A DNA stretch of 64,000 bases, from the NCBI GenBank assembly GCA_005110385.1, contig DUDT01000013.1:22136-86135 (forward strand), written 5' to 3'. Within the stretch, counting starts at the first letter, position 1. Every line of letters begins with the position of its first letter. This DNA is from Candidatus Melainabacteria bacterium. Its GTDB lineage: Bacteria > Cyanobacteriota > Vampirovibrionia > LMEP-6097. The notes beneath the pieces were generated by a model. The model saw only the letters and a list, made by a program, of their open reading frames with translations, made no database searches and had not been told where the DNA came from. Below are positions 50,523-60,612 of this stretch, in pieces. Both the position numbers and the translations under genes were made by a program.

Positions 50523-51509
50523 ATGAAAATTGCTTTTTTCAGTACCCAAAAATATGACAAAGATTTTTTCTTAAAAGAAAACAAGAAGTTTAATTTCGAT
50601 TTGATTTTTTTCGAAGTACATTTAAAGCCAGATACACTAGAACTCGCAAAGGGCTATCAAGTTATCTGCACCTTTGTCAATGACAAGATAGATCAAGCAA
50701 TGCTAAAAGAATTACAACAAAATGGCACAAAGTTAATAGCTTTAAGATGCGCCGGTTTTAATAATATAGATATAAAAGCGGCAAAAGAACTCGGCATTCA
50801 GGTAGTCCGAGTACCAGCTTATTCACCTTATGCGGTAGCAGAACACACACTAGCTTTAATACTCACACTTAATCGCAAAATTCATAAAGCCTACAATCGA
50901 GTTAAAGAATCAAATTTTAGCTTAGATGGACTTTTAGGTTTTGACTTATATGGAAAAAAAGCTGGAATTATTGGCACAGGAAAAATAGGTAAACTCGTAG
51001 CTAAAATACTTTCAGGATTTGGATGCGAGATTTTACTATACGATCCTTTCCCAGACGCTCATCTAGAATATGGTAAATATTATGACCTAAAAACGCTACT
51101 AAATGATTCGGATATAATCAGCATACACTGCCCCCTCAATGATAAAACCAAGCATCTAATTAATAAAGAATCCATAGCCTTAATGCAAGAAGGTGTAATG
51201 ATAATCAATACAAGCAGAGGAGCCATCATTAACACTAAAGATGTCATAAAAGGATTAAAATCTAGCAAAATAGGCTATCTAGGACTCGATGTCTACGAGG
51301 AAGAAGAGGAATTATTTTTTGAGGACCATTCTGAGACAATAGTTCAAGATGATGTATTAATGAGGCTTATCAGCTTTCCCAATGTTATAGTTACCTCTCA
51401 TCAAGCCTTTTTCACGCACAATGCCATGAGAAACATCGCCGTCACTACACTTAAAAACATTAAGGACTTTGAAGAAAATAAAGAATTAAGTAATTTAGTT
51501 CTCCCCTAA
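50523..51509 (+). CDS. ldhA: D-lactate dehydrogenase (D-2-hydroxyacid dehydrogenase)
   Basis: LRCAGFNN, RVPAYSPYAVAEH, GTGKIG, NTSRG, LDVYEEE, HQAF. Confidence 0.93.
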   Translation: MKIAFFSTQKYDKDFFLKENKKFNFDLIFFEVHLKPDTLELAKGYQVICTFVNDKIDQAMLKELQQNGTKLIALRCAGFNNIDIKAAKELGIQVVRVPAYSPYAVAEHTLALILTLNRKIHKAYNRVKESNFSLDGLLGFDLYGKKAGIIGTGKIGKLVAKILSGFGCEILLYDPFPDAHLEYGKYYDLKTLLNDSDIISIHCPLNDKTKHLINKESIALMQEGVMIINTSRGAIINTKDVIKGLKSSKIGYLGLDVYEEEEELFFEDHSETIVQDDVLMRLISFPNVIVTSHQAFFTHNAMRNIAVTTLKNIKDFEENKELSNLVLP

Positions 51510-51517
51510 GAAAAAAA

Positions 51518-51541
51518 ACTCCCACCCTTTCAGGTGGGAGT
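51518..51541 (-). terminator. Intrinsic terminator between convergent ldhA and the RRM gene
   Basis: ACTCCCACC / GGTGGGAGT stem preceded by an A-run (U-run on the minus strand). Confidence 0.8.
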
Positions 51542-51583
51542 ATAGTAGACCATAATTTAGGATTTAAAATTCTTAATTAAAAT

Positions 51584-51895
51584 TTAGTATCTTTTTGGAC
51601 CACGGCTTCCGCCACCGCTACCACCAGCAAAAGATTTTCTTGGTTTACGATCATTATTATCAAGCGCGAAATCTACTTTAAGATTTCTACCTTTTAATTC
51701 ATAACCATTCAAGGCTTCCTTAGCTTCGCTAGCTTTCTCATCACTCTCAAAAGTTACAAAAGCAATCCCTTTTCCTTCAATGAGCTTACATTCAGTGATA
51801 GCCCAGTTTTGGCTGATTAAATCAGACAACTCTGAAGAGGTTACTCCATAATTTAGATTCCCGATAAATAATTTATTTCTTTGCGACATTAACAT
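51584..51895 (-). CDS. RRM RNA-binding protein with Gly-rich tail
   Basis: RNP2 LFIGNL, RNP1-like KGIAFVTF, LNGYELKGRNLKV. Confidence 0.92.
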   Translation of the reverse strand: MLMSQRNKLFIGNLNYGVTSSELSDLISQNWAITECKLIEGKGIAFVTFESDEKASEAKEALNGYELKGRNLKVDFALDNNDRKPRKSFAGGSGGGSRGPKRY

Positions 51896-52170
51896 TAACT
51901 CCTACGTAATAGAATTCACTTAAAGTAAGAGGTGAAGACAACCCTTAACTTAAATTACTTCTGACTTGCTTATTCTAGCAAAATATACCCAATAATCAAC
52001 TAGTCATTATTAATGATCTTCTAAAAAGCGTGTAAATAATCTCTTAGTAAAAACAAATAATCAAATAGACCTAGCTCAGGTAATGAATAAGTCATCCAAA
52101 AGGACTAAACAAAAACTCATAAAAATTTTTATAAAGTTTTTTTAATAGAGTACATAAATGAGAAATTTAG

Positions 52171-52246
52171 TGGTGGTCAGACCCGGGATTGAACCGGGGA
52201 CACAAGGATTTTCAGTCCTTTGCTCTACCAGCTGAGCTATCTGACC
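52171..52246 (-). tRNA. tRNA-Phe(GAA)
   Basis: Reverse complement GGTCAGATAGCTCAGCTGGTAGAGC..CTGAAAA..GGTTCAATCCC..CCA. Confidence 0.97.
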
Positions 52247-52365
52247 AGAAAGTGTGAGGAAAATCACGAAAAAAATAATAGCATAAGTTTTTCTGAATTA
52301 AATCAAATGAATTATTTTGTTTAGAATTGAATAATTTAGCGCAGTAGTATATATTTTCATATGAT

Positions 52366-53868
52366 ATGGAACTTTTTTCAGAGCATTCGCTTAGTCTACA
52401 ATTAACTATTCTTTTGATATCGGGCTTATTTATAGCTTTGACCCCTCTCTCAGAGAGAGGATCTCGAATCACAGCTTTAGCTGGAAGCATCGCAGTATTA
52501 GGCATAGCTACTTATCAATATTTCGAATTATTAGATTTCTCGAAGCCTACAATGCAGTTAGTGGAGACCTATCCATGGATTAGCGATATTAAATTTTCAC
52601 TAGGAGTCGATGGTTTATCCTTTTCGATGGTACTGCTAACAGCAATTCTAATGCCCTGTGCCATTATCGCAAGTAAGCCTATCGCCTTAAAACAAAAACC
52701 TAGACTCTATTACTCATTAATCATTTTCCTTTGCCTCTCTGTCTTAGCAGTTTTCATGGCTAAAGATATTTTCTTATTCTTCCTAGCTTGGGAATTAGAA
52801 TTAGTGCCAATGTATTTTCTTATTGCTATTTGGGGTAGTAAAAATCGCAATTATGCTTCAATGAAATTCTTAATTTACACATTTGCTGCGGGTGCCTGTT
52901 TACTAGTCGGACTATTTACCTTACTTGCTTTCAGCGGTTTCTCTAGTTTTGACATAGTGGAGTTAGCTGGTATCACGAGAACTTTCTCTCTACCTATTCA
53001 AGCGCTATTATTTGTCTTAATTGGCACTTGCTTCTTAGTGAAACTTCCGAGCGTACCCTTCCACACTTGGTTACCAGACGCCCATGTAGAAGCGCCAACC
53101 CCTGTTTCAATGCTACTCGCTGGAATTTTACTAAAAATGGGTTGCTATGGATTACTTAGATTCTCCCTCGACTTTTTCCCAGAAGTTCTGCAAGTCTTTG
53201 CCCCAGCTCTTGCTATTTTAGGTACAGTGAATATAATTTTTGGGGCTTATTCAGCCCTTATACAGACTGATTTCAAAAAAATCATCGCCTATTCCAGTAT
53301 TTCTCATATGGGCTTTATTCTTCTAGGGCTCTCTGGATTAAATACTGCTGGCTACAGCGGAGCTGTGTTCCAAATGTTCTCGCACGGCTTAATATCAGCT
53401 GCTCTATTCATGCTTGTTGGCATGATTTATGAAAGAACTCACACTAGAGAATTAGATAATTTCGGTGGTCTTGCTAAGGTTATGCCTAGAACCTTCTTTA
53501 TCTTTAAACTCGCTGCTATGGCTAATTTAGGCTTACCTGGATTATCTGGTTTCGTTGGCGAATCTTTAGTGTTTTACGGTTCCTTTACTAGTGCCTACGT
53601 AGGAGCTGGACTAAATATAATTAAGCTTTCTGCTGCAGTAGCCTCAGTTTCATTAATTCTTACTGCTGCTTATATGCTCTGGACTAATCAGAGAGTGTTT
53701 TACGGAGAGACAAAACAGATTAATCTCAGTCTCCAAGATGCTCGCAAGTCTGAGCTCTTAGTATTAGGTATTCTTTTAGCTTTAGCAATAATCTATGGTA
53801 TCTATCCTAATTTCGTAAATGATATCTATGAACCTCAATTAAATTCATTAGTAAATAGTCTTCATTAA
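52366..53868 (+). CDS. ndhD: NADH-quinone oxidoreductase chain 4 (NdhD/NuoM)
   Basis: WELELVPMY, PFHTWLPDAHVEAP, LLKMG, AYSSISHMG, LPGLSGFVGE. Confidence 0.9.
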   Translation: MELFSEHSLSLQLTILLISGLFIALTPLSERGSRITALAGSIAVLGIATYQYFELLDFSKPTMQLVETYPWISDIKFSLGVDGLSFSMVLLTAILMPCAIIASKPIALKQKPRLYYSLIIFLCLSVLAVFMAKDIFLFFLAWELELVPMYFLIAIWGSKNRNYASMKFLIYTFAAGACLLVGLFTLLAFSGFSSFDIVELAGITRTFSLPIQALLFVLIGTCFLVKLPSVPFHTWLPDAHVEAPTPVSMLLAGILLKMGCYGLLRFSLDFFPEVLQVFAPALAILGTVNIIFGAYSALIQTDFKKIIAYSSISHMGFILLGLSGLNTAGYSGAVFQMFSHGLISAALFMLVGMIYERTHTRELDNFGGLAKVMPRTFFIFKLAAMANLGLPGLSGFVGESLVFYGSFTSAYVGAGLNIIKLSAAVASVSLILTAAYMLWTNQRVFYGETKQINLSLQDARKSELLVLGILLALAIIYGIYPNFVNDIYEPQLNSLVNSLH

Positions 53869-54764
53869 TGGTCTCTATTGATAAAAACATAATAAAAGTA
53901 GCCCACAGTCCGGATTCCGATGATGCATTTATGTTCTTTGCTTTAGCTGAGAAAAAGATAGATTTAGAAGGATTGGATTATTATTTCGGTAGCTCTGAAA
54001 TAGAAAACCTTAATCAGCTTGCTTTGAAAAGCTCTCTTGATCCAATTTATGACGTTTTTGCTGTTTCATTTCATGCTTATAGTTACTTACACAATCGCTT
54101 TCAAATTTTAAAGTCTGGAGCATCTATGGGTTCAAAGAATCATGGGCCTAAATTAATAGTTAATAAAATTGGTTTAGAGAGCTTTAATAAAAATAAATCT
54201 CTAAATGATTTATATATAGCAATACCAGGGATTTTAACATCTGCAAATCTCAGCCTTAGCATTTATGCTGCCGAAAAAGGACAGATCATTAATCCCCTAT
54301 ACTGCTCTTTTAATGAAGTTTTTAAATTATTAGAGGAAGGAGTAGTCTGTGCAGCTCTGTTAATCCATGAATCTCAGCTTCAATACGAAGAACACGGCTA
54401 TAAATTAATTCTTGATCTTGGTGCTTGGTGGGACGATTACAGTGGTGGCCTAAACTTGCCATTAGGTACTAATGTTATTAATCGTGATTTAAATGAAGAT
54501 CTAAGATCAAAAATATCTAATCAATTAGGAGCTTCGATTAGATACGGGTTAGAGAATTTTCAAATGACCTTAAGTTACGCTAGAAGCTTCTCAGAGAATG
54601 GGCTTGACGATACTAAAGCTAAAAAATATATTGATATGTATGTTAATAGCAGTACAAAAGAGCTCTCAGAGAATGATATTAAATCAATAAAATTATTCTA
54701 CAGTACTGCACAAAAATATAATCTTATCGAAACTCAAGGAGAAATTCCTTTAGACATAATCTAA
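53868..54764 (+). CDS. mqnD: 1,4-dihydroxy-6-naphthoate synthase
   Basis: VAHSPDSDDAFMF, LLIHE, LPLG, YIDMYVN. Confidence 0.9.
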   Translation: MVSIDKNIIKVAHSPDSDDAFMFFALAEKKIDLEGLDYYFGSSEIENLNQLALKSSLDPIYDVFAVSFHAYSYLHNRFQILKSGASMGSKNHGPKLIVNKIGLESFNKNKSLNDLYIAIPGILTSANLSLSIYAAEKGQIINPLYCSFNEVFKLLEEGVVCAALLIHESQLQYEEHGYKLILDLGAWWDDYSGGLNLPLGTNVINRDLNEDLRSKISNQLGASIRYGLENFQMTLSYARSFSENGLDDTKAKKYIDMYVNSSTKELSENDIKSIKLFYSTAQKYNLIETQGEIPLDII

Positions 54765-54853
54765 TACCTTAATCATTTTTTTAATTTGTCATCATAACTT
54801 TGCATGAATGCAAATGTTATAATCATTATCTCGATTATCCAAGGAGCCTCAAA

Positions 54854-55426
54854 TTGGTTACAAAAAACGACAAAGTCACTATTATTAAAGAACTAAGCGA
54901 AAATTTCGCTAGTGCATCTGCTGTATTCACCACCGATCAACTAGGTTTAACTGTAAGCCAAATCAGCACTCTTAGAAATAGGCTCAGAGAGCATGGTGCC
55001 AAATACAAAATTGCTAAAAATACTTTGATTAAAAAAGCTGCCGAAGGCTCTAAATTCCAAGACCTCGCAACTAAGCTAGAAGGTCCAAGTGCAGTGCTTT
55101 TCTGCTTTAATAATAAAGATATTGAGCCTGCTTCGGCTATAAAATCCTTTGCCAAAGAGAATGAAGAGAAAGTAGTATTTAAAGGTGCTTTCTTGGATGG
55201 TAATACATTGAATGCAGAAGAGGCAAAGCAAGTAGCTGGTCTTCCAAGCAAAGATGTTTTACTAAGTCAAATCGCTGGCTTACTTGTCAATATTCCTTCA
55301 TCTATAGCTTACATATTTGATGAATTGTCCAAGAAGGACGCTGATCAGAGCAAACTTGTAAAAGAGTTTATCATTAAATCTGCTGAGCCAGCTTCTGTTG
55401 AAGAGAATAAAGGCGAAGAAGAATAG
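54854..55426 (+). CDS. rplJ: 50S ribosomal protein L10; TTG start
   Basis: GLTVSQI..LR..KNTL..LPSK; AAGGAG upstream of TTG 54854. Confidence 0.95.
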   Translation: MVTKNDKVTIIKELSENFASASAVFTTDQLGLTVSQISTLRNRLREHGAKYKIAKNTLIKKAAEGSKFQDLATKLEGPSAVLFCFNNKDIEPASAIKSFAKENEEKVVFKGAFLDGNTLNAEEAKQVAGLPSKDVLLSQIAGLLVNIPSSIAYIFDELSKKDADQSKLVKEFIIKSAEPASVEENKGEEE

Positions 55427-55460
55427 AAACCAGAGAGTTTAAATAAAAGGGTAGTAAATT

Positions 55461-55832
55461 ATGAGTACAAAAGTAGAAGTAGTATTAGAAAAAATAAGCG
55501 AGCTTACAATTCTTGAAGCAGCTGAATTAAAAACAGCAATGGAAGAGAAGTTTGGTATCGTGGCAGCATCTGGAGCAGCTGTAGCCGCAGGTGGTGGTGA
55601 TGCAGCAGCAGTTGAGGAAAAAACTGATTTTGATGTAGAGCTAACAGCTGCTGGTGCTTCTAAAATAAATGTTATTAAAGTGGTAAGAGCCATTACTGGT
55701 CTTGGTCTTAAAGAAGCTAAAGATTTAGTAGAAGGTGCACCTAAAGTAGTTAAAGAAGCCGTTTCTAAAGATGAAGCTGAAAAAATCAAAGCTGAACTTG
55801 AAGCTTCTGGTGCTACTGTAACCTTGAAATAA
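55461..55832 (+). CDS. rplL: 50S ribosomal protein L7/L12
   Basis: [30 protein letters not shown]. Confidence 0.98.
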   Translation: MSTKVEVVLEKISELTILEAAELKTAMEEKFGIVAASGAAVAAGGGDAAAVEEKTDFDVELTAAGASKINVIKVVRAITGLGLKEAKDLVEGAPKVVKEAVSKDEAEKIKAELEASGATVTLK

Positions 55833-55859
55833 TTGGGAGTTTTGATAGACTCTTAGTAT

Positions 55860-56081
55860 ATGGGATCCAGAGGAATGAATTTAGGGTCAGACATAGATAA
55901 TGTGTCTGCCGCGAGCGAAGAGGAGCTAGATTCGGTTCTTAAGAAATTCACACTTACGAAAAACTGCAAACCTGATACAGCACTTAAATGGGCTTTACAG
56001 AGAGCAATGGATGAAGCAACTAGAGCAAAAATAAAGGCTAAGCTTCAATCATATTACGATAAGGGTGAAGGGCTGATTTAG
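55860..56081 (+). CDS. Small hypothetical protein
   Basis: Fills the rplL-metG gap; TGATAGACT -10-like box upstream. Confidence 0.6.
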   Translation: MGSRGMNLGSDIDNVSAASEEELDSVLKKFTLTKNCKPDTALKWALQRAMDEATRAKIKAKLQSYYDKGEGLI

Positions 56082-56093
56082 GCGTGAGACTTA

Positions 56094-57713
56094 GTGAAGT
56101 ATTTTATAACTACCCCACTTTACTACGTTAATGATAATCCACACATTGGTAGTGCTTATCCGACTATAGCTTGTGATTTTTTAGCTGGGCATTTTGTGCA
56201 AACAGGTGCCCAGCTTTCTTTTTTAACTGGCACTGATGAGCATGGACAAAAAATAGAGAAAGCAGCAAAAGCACGAGGGCTGTCTCCAAAAACTCACTGC
56301 GATGAAATAGTCAGTGAATTTAAAAGGCTTTGGGAAGTCTTAGAAATTAATAACACTCACTTCATCAGAACTTCAGAGGATCAGCATAAAAGTTTTGTCG
56401 CAGAATTTTTTCAGCAAGTTAAAAATAATGGTTATATCTATAAAGGTGATTATAAAGGGCTTTACTGTGTAAGCTGTGAAGATTTTAAACTAGAGAAAGA
56501 TTTAGAAGAAAACCCTGAAGGTAAATTACAGTGTCCTGTTCATAAGCAACCTGTAGAAGAATACTCTCAAGAAAACTATTTTTTTGCATTATCAAAATTT
56601 GAAAAGCGTCTCAAAGATTATATTTCATCTAATCCAGATTTTATTAGTCCGAATTATCGTAAAAATGAAGTACTGAGTTGGCTTGATGAAGGACTTAGAG
56701 ACTTCCCTATTTCTAGAGTGGGCTTAGAATGGGGAATAGATATCCCGGGCGATGCTTCTCAAAAAATATATGTTTGGTTCGATGCTTTACTTGGATATAT
56801 ATCTGCTCTAGCTAATGATAAAGAAGCCTTCTGGCAAGATGATCTTGAACACAGCATTATTCATATTATCGGCAAAGATATATTACGCTTTCATGCAATT
56901 TATTGGCCTGCAATGTTAATGGCAGCTGGTTACCCTCTGCCAAAAAAAGTTTTCGGTCACGGCTTCCTTACTAAAGATGGGATGAAAATGGGGAAAACTA
57001 TTGGGAACATTGTTGATCCATTTGAGTTAGTAGAAGAATTCGGGGCAGATGCTGTTAAATTCTTCTTCCTGAGAGAATTTCCATTTGGGCGAGATGGCGA
57101 TTATTCTCGATTGGCGATGATAAATCGATTAAACAGTGATTTAGCAAACAATTTAGGTAATTTACTAAACAGATCGACGAATCTTCTAAGAAAATATTTC
57201 TCTAATGAAAACCCGCGAAATGAATTCGGTGAAGAGGCTTTCACACAGCTTACTATTAATAATGAAATAGTCCAAGGTATAAATCACTATTTCATAGATT
57301 TCAAAGCAGAGGTAGCTGACATAGATTTCTTTAGTGCATTTAATTCAGTATTTGCAGCCTTAAACGAAATGAACCTTTCTATGAGTAACATCGCCCCTTG
57401 GACTTTACTTAAAGAGGGCTCGCCTGAAAATCGCAAAAAAGCATTCTCCTGTCTATATGCTTCCCTAGAAGGCTGTCGTAAAGCTGCTATCTGCTTAGCT
57501 GCACTCACTCCGAATCTATCTAAAAATATTTTCATTCAACTCGGTATTATTAGTAATGATTACGATATCAGCAATAGAACTCTTTCTCTTAGTAATGAAT
57601 TCTCTTTCAAAAGCTTTACTGAAAAGCCTCTTAATCTCGACAATATCGAGAATATTATAGAAGGTGAATCTAAACCAATCTTTGAAAGGATTTCAGAAAA
57701 AGAACCCGCATGA
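56094..57713 (+). CDS. metG: Methionine--tRNA ligase
   Basis: TTPLYYVN..HIGS, GTDEHG, YVWFDAL, GKDILRFH, KMGKT. Confidence 0.97.
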   Translation: MKYFITTPLYYVNDNPHIGSAYPTIACDFLAGHFVQTGAQLSFLTGTDEHGQKIEKAAKARGLSPKTHCDEIVSEFKRLWEVLEINNTHFIRTSEDQHKSFVAEFFQQVKNNGYIYKGDYKGLYCVSCEDFKLEKDLEENPEGKLQCPVHKQPVEEYSQENYFFALSKFEKRLKDYISSNPDFISPNYRKNEVLSWLDEGLRDFPISRVGLEWGIDIPGDASQKIYVWFDALLGYISALANDKEAFWQDDLEHSIIHIIGKDILRFHAIYWPAMLMAAGYPLPKKVFGHGFLTKDGMKMGKTIGNIVDPFELVEEFGADAVKFFFLREFPFGRDGDYSRLAMINRLNSDLANNLGNLLNRSTNLLRKYFSNENPRNEFGEEAFTQLTINNEIVQGINHYFIDFKAEVADIDFFSAFNSVFAALNEMNLSMSNIAPWTLLKEGSPENRKKAFSCLYASLEGCRKAAICLAALTPNLSKNIFIQLGIISNDYDISNRTLSLSNEFSFKSFTEKPLNLDNIENIIEGESKPIFERISEKEPA

Positions 57714-59032
57714 TTAGCATTTTTTTCTTTTTCTATGAACTAGTTTGGATAATATTAATTCCCATACTATATATCCTTTCTCGAACTAGTATTCCTAAAT
57801 GGCGCAATGGTTTTAAACAAAGAATGGGATTAGATCTTGGCAGTTTCCCAAGCAAGCCACTTTGGTTTCATGCAGTATCAGTAGGAGAATTAAATGCACT
57901 AATTCCTTTACTCGCTTTTTTTGATGGCTTTAATATAGTCGTTAGTACAACAACAGAGAGTTCACAAGAATTAGCTAAAAAAAAACTGGCTCATAAAATA
58001 GATGATGGGCGCATGAAGCTTATATACATGCCCTTCGATAGCCCTAGTACTATAGAAAAAACATTTATGGTGATGAAGCCAGAAGCCTTAATTATTATGG
58101 AAACAGAGATTTGGCCATCTTTAATTTATACAGCATATAAAAAACAAATACCAATCGCAATCATCAATGCTCGGCTCGCAGATAAATCTTTTAATAACTA
58201 TAAAAAAGCCTATTTTTTCTTTCACTGGATATTTAGCAAAATTTCATTAGTATTAGCCCAAACTCCTGAAGATTCTCGAAAGTTCTTAAGCCTGAATGTA
58301 AGCTCTGAAAAGGTTTTTATGACAGGAAATATTAAATTTGCAGTACTGCCAAGTAGTAAAAAAGATCAGAACCCTGATCTGAAACGCAGTATGGGGTTTA
58401 ATTATGGTGACTTAGTAATTATTGCAGCTAGCACCCATGCAGGTGAAGAAACAGCTATACTCAGCATGTATCAAGAACTTAAATTAAAACATCCTCATTT
58501 AAGATTAGCAATAGCTCCTCGTCACCCTGACAGGTTTCCGATAGTCGAAGAATTAATACTTTCCGCCGCTAAATTAAAAGTAGTAAGGTACAGTAAAACT
58601 CCTTTCAAGAAAAGAAGTGAAGATAACGAGCTACTGAAGAGTGAGGATATACTACTCATAGATACCATAGGTGACCTTATGAACTTCTTTGCTATTAGTG
58701 ACGTGGCTTTTGTTGGAGGAACATTAATTGATGGTATTGGTGGTCATAATGTATTAGAGCCAGCAGCTTTCGCCTTACCAGTAGTCGTTGGACCCTTTTA
58801 TTATAAAAATACTGACATAGTTGAGCAAATGGAAAAGGCTGGGGCTTTAGAAGTAGTCGAATCTAAACTAGAGTTAAAAGAGTTCATGGAATTACTACTA
58901 GAGAGTAAAGAAAGAAGAGTTATAATGGGTTCACAAGCTTACAAAATCGTAACTGAAAATAGAAAGATTCTTAAAACCATTGCAGATAAATTAAATGAAT
59001 TTATCATTAAGGAATCTAATGTCGTCATTTAA
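57710..59032 (+). CDS. waaA: Kdo transferase
   Basis: WFHAVSVGE, ETEIWP, NAR, ASTH.GEE, APRHP, GGHNVLEP. Confidence 0.95.
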   Translation: MISIFFFFYELVWIILIPILYILSRTSIPKWRNGFKQRMGLDLGSFPSKPLWFHAVSVGELNALIPLLAFFDGFNIVVSTTTESSQELAKKKLAHKIDDGRMKLIYMPFDSPSTIEKTFMVMKPEALIIMETEIWPSLIYTAYKKQIPIAIINARLADKSFNNYKKAYFFFHWIFSKISLVLAQTPEDSRKFLSLNVSSEKVFMTGNIKFAVLPSSKKDQNPDLKRSMGFNYGDLVIIAASTHAGEETAILSMYQELKLKHPHLRLAIAPRHPDRFPIVEELILSAAKLKVVRYSKTPFKKRSEDNELLKSEDILLIDTIGDLMNFFAISDVAFVGGTLIDGIGGHNVLEPAAFALPVVVGPFYYKNTDIVEQMEKAGALEVVESKLELKEFMELLLESKERRVIMGSQAYKIVTENRKILKTIADKLNEFIIKESNVVI

Positions 59033-60026
59033 AGCTAAATTCAAAAAAATAATCTCAGCTCCTTATCAAGTGGCACATGAATTACATAAACTCCTCTATA
59101 AGAAAGGGTTTCTTAAACCTAAAAAGCTTAAACTTCCAGTTATATCGATAGGCAATATATCCTTCGGTGGAACTGGTAAAACCCCTTTTACTATTTATCT
59201 AGCAGAAAAGCTTTCAGAAACTTGCGATAAAAAAATATGCATTTTAACAAGAGCCTATAAGTCGAGGATTCCTCAAAGCTCTCTACCAATTATTATTAAC
59301 AATTCCAATATTAAACAATTCCGAGACAGTGAATACGTACAAGGGGTAAGAGAAACAGAGCATGTCTTCATAGGTGATGAAGCGACTTTAATGCTTGAGA
59401 TAATTCAAAAAAATTCCAAAATTAGCATGGCTATAGACTCCAATAGATACGCTGCGGGCAAAAAAGCTATTCAGGAAATTAATCCAAATTTATTCATACT
59501 CGATGATGCTCAGCAACATTTAAAATTGGAAAAAGATTTTAAAATTATTCTAATTAATATCAATGAAAGTGGTTACTACAGAGAATTTTCAAATATTCTT
59601 AAAGACGCGGACTGTCTGATCTATTCTAAAGTAGATAATCACTGGTTATTACAGGAAGAGAATAAAAATAAAATAGCAATAGTATACAATATTAAACTTT
59701 CCAAAGAAATAGATAAGAATAAATCAGTGACAGCCTTTGCTGGGTTAGCTGACAATGACTATTTTTTTAAAATTTTAGAAAATAATTTAAAGAATCAATA
59801 TTTTTATAAAAACTTTAATACAATCAAATTCCCAGACCATCATGGCTATTCAATAGATGAAATAGAAGCATTAATCAGTCTAAATGAAAACCTTATCTGC
59901 ACGGAAAAAGACTTAGTTAAGATTCCATCTGAATATCAGAAATCCTTTATAGTAGCGAAACTTGAATTAAAGATCATTAATGAAGATATTTTAATTAATA
60001 AAATTAAAAAGATTTTAGAAGCTTAA
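59019..60026 (+). CDS. lpxK: Tetraacyldisaccharide 4'-kinase
   Basis: GNISFGGTGKTP, GDE, LDDAQQH, FPDHH, TEKD; ATG 59019 has an AAGGA RBS. Confidence 0.93.
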   Translation: MSSFKAKFKKIISAPYQVAHELHKLLYKKGFLKPKKLKLPVISIGNISFGGTGKTPFTIYLAEKLSETCDKKICILTRAYKSRIPQSSLPIIINNSNIKQFRDSEYVQGVRETEHVFIGDEATLMLEIIQKNSKISMAIDSNRYAAGKKAIQEINPNLFILDDAQQHLKLEKDFKIILININESGYYREFSNILKDADCLIYSKVDNHWLLQEENKNKIAIVYNIKLSKEIDKNKSVTAFAGLADNDYFFKILENNLKNQYFYKNFNTIKFPDHHGYSIDEIEALISLNENLICTEKDLVKIPSEYQKSFIVAKLELKIINEDILINKIKKILEA

Positions 60027-60037
60027 TTTTTACTTCC

Positions 60038-60574
60038 TTAAAAACCCCCTTTGGTACTTAAATAAAAAAGTCCGCAGATGGTTTTAGCATCACGGATGTG
60101 ACCAGTATTAACCATCTCAAAAGCTTTAGAAATCTTCATGATTTCTATTTCCAAAATTTCACCTTCGTCTGGATTATCATTCCCCGCAGCTAAATCCTCA
60201 GCTTGATATAAATAAAGCTTCTCAGTACAGTATCCAGGACTAGGATATATAAATCCCTTGTCCAACCACGTTTGAGCAGTAAAACCAGTTTCCTCTTTAA
60301 GTTCACGTACTGCTGTTTCTAAAGGTGCCTCACCTTTATCACGTTTACCTGCTGGGAATTCATAAATAACTTCCCCTATTGGTGTCCTGAATTGACGCAC
60401 CATGATTATATAATCTTTATCAAGTATAGGGATAACACAAACACCACCAGGATGAGTAAAATACTGTCTAGGAGCTACTATTCCACCAGAGTTTTCTATC
60501 TCCACTTGATCTTCAATAAAATCTAAAAAGCGACCCTTATGTAAAATTTTAGAAGAAAGCTGTTTTTCTATCAT
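60038..60574 (-). CDS. nudF: NUDIX hydrolase, ADP-ribose pyrophosphatase-like
   Basis: EFPAG..GE..AVRELKEETG; SPG; IRDAKT. Confidence 0.88.
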   Translation of the reverse strand: MIEKQLSSKILHKGRFLDFIEDQVEIENSGGIVAPRQYFTHPGGVCVIPILDKDYIIMVRQFRTPIGEVIYEFPAGKRDKGEAPLETAVRELKEETGFTAQTWLDKGFIYPSPGYCTEKLYLYQAEDLAAGNDNPDEGEILEIEIMKISKAFEMVNTGHIRDAKTICGLFYLSTKGGF

Positions 60575-60612
60575 CTCTTAAATTTTACCCTTGAAAGCAG
60601 GTTTTTGATAAA

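Noticed and set aside
52212-52505. Short overlapping ORFs in the track (this one, and e.g. 512, 1136, 9280, 17969, 54937, 55439, 63071)
   Set aside because: They overlap well-supported genes or tRNAs, mostly antisense, and show no motifs.
59300-59370. Apparent extra loop in LpxK, and similar loops in BirA, SbcD, MqnC and the 49218 protein, some with short hairpins
   Set aside because: No recognisable match to the element core; ortholog alignments would be needed to call them insertions.
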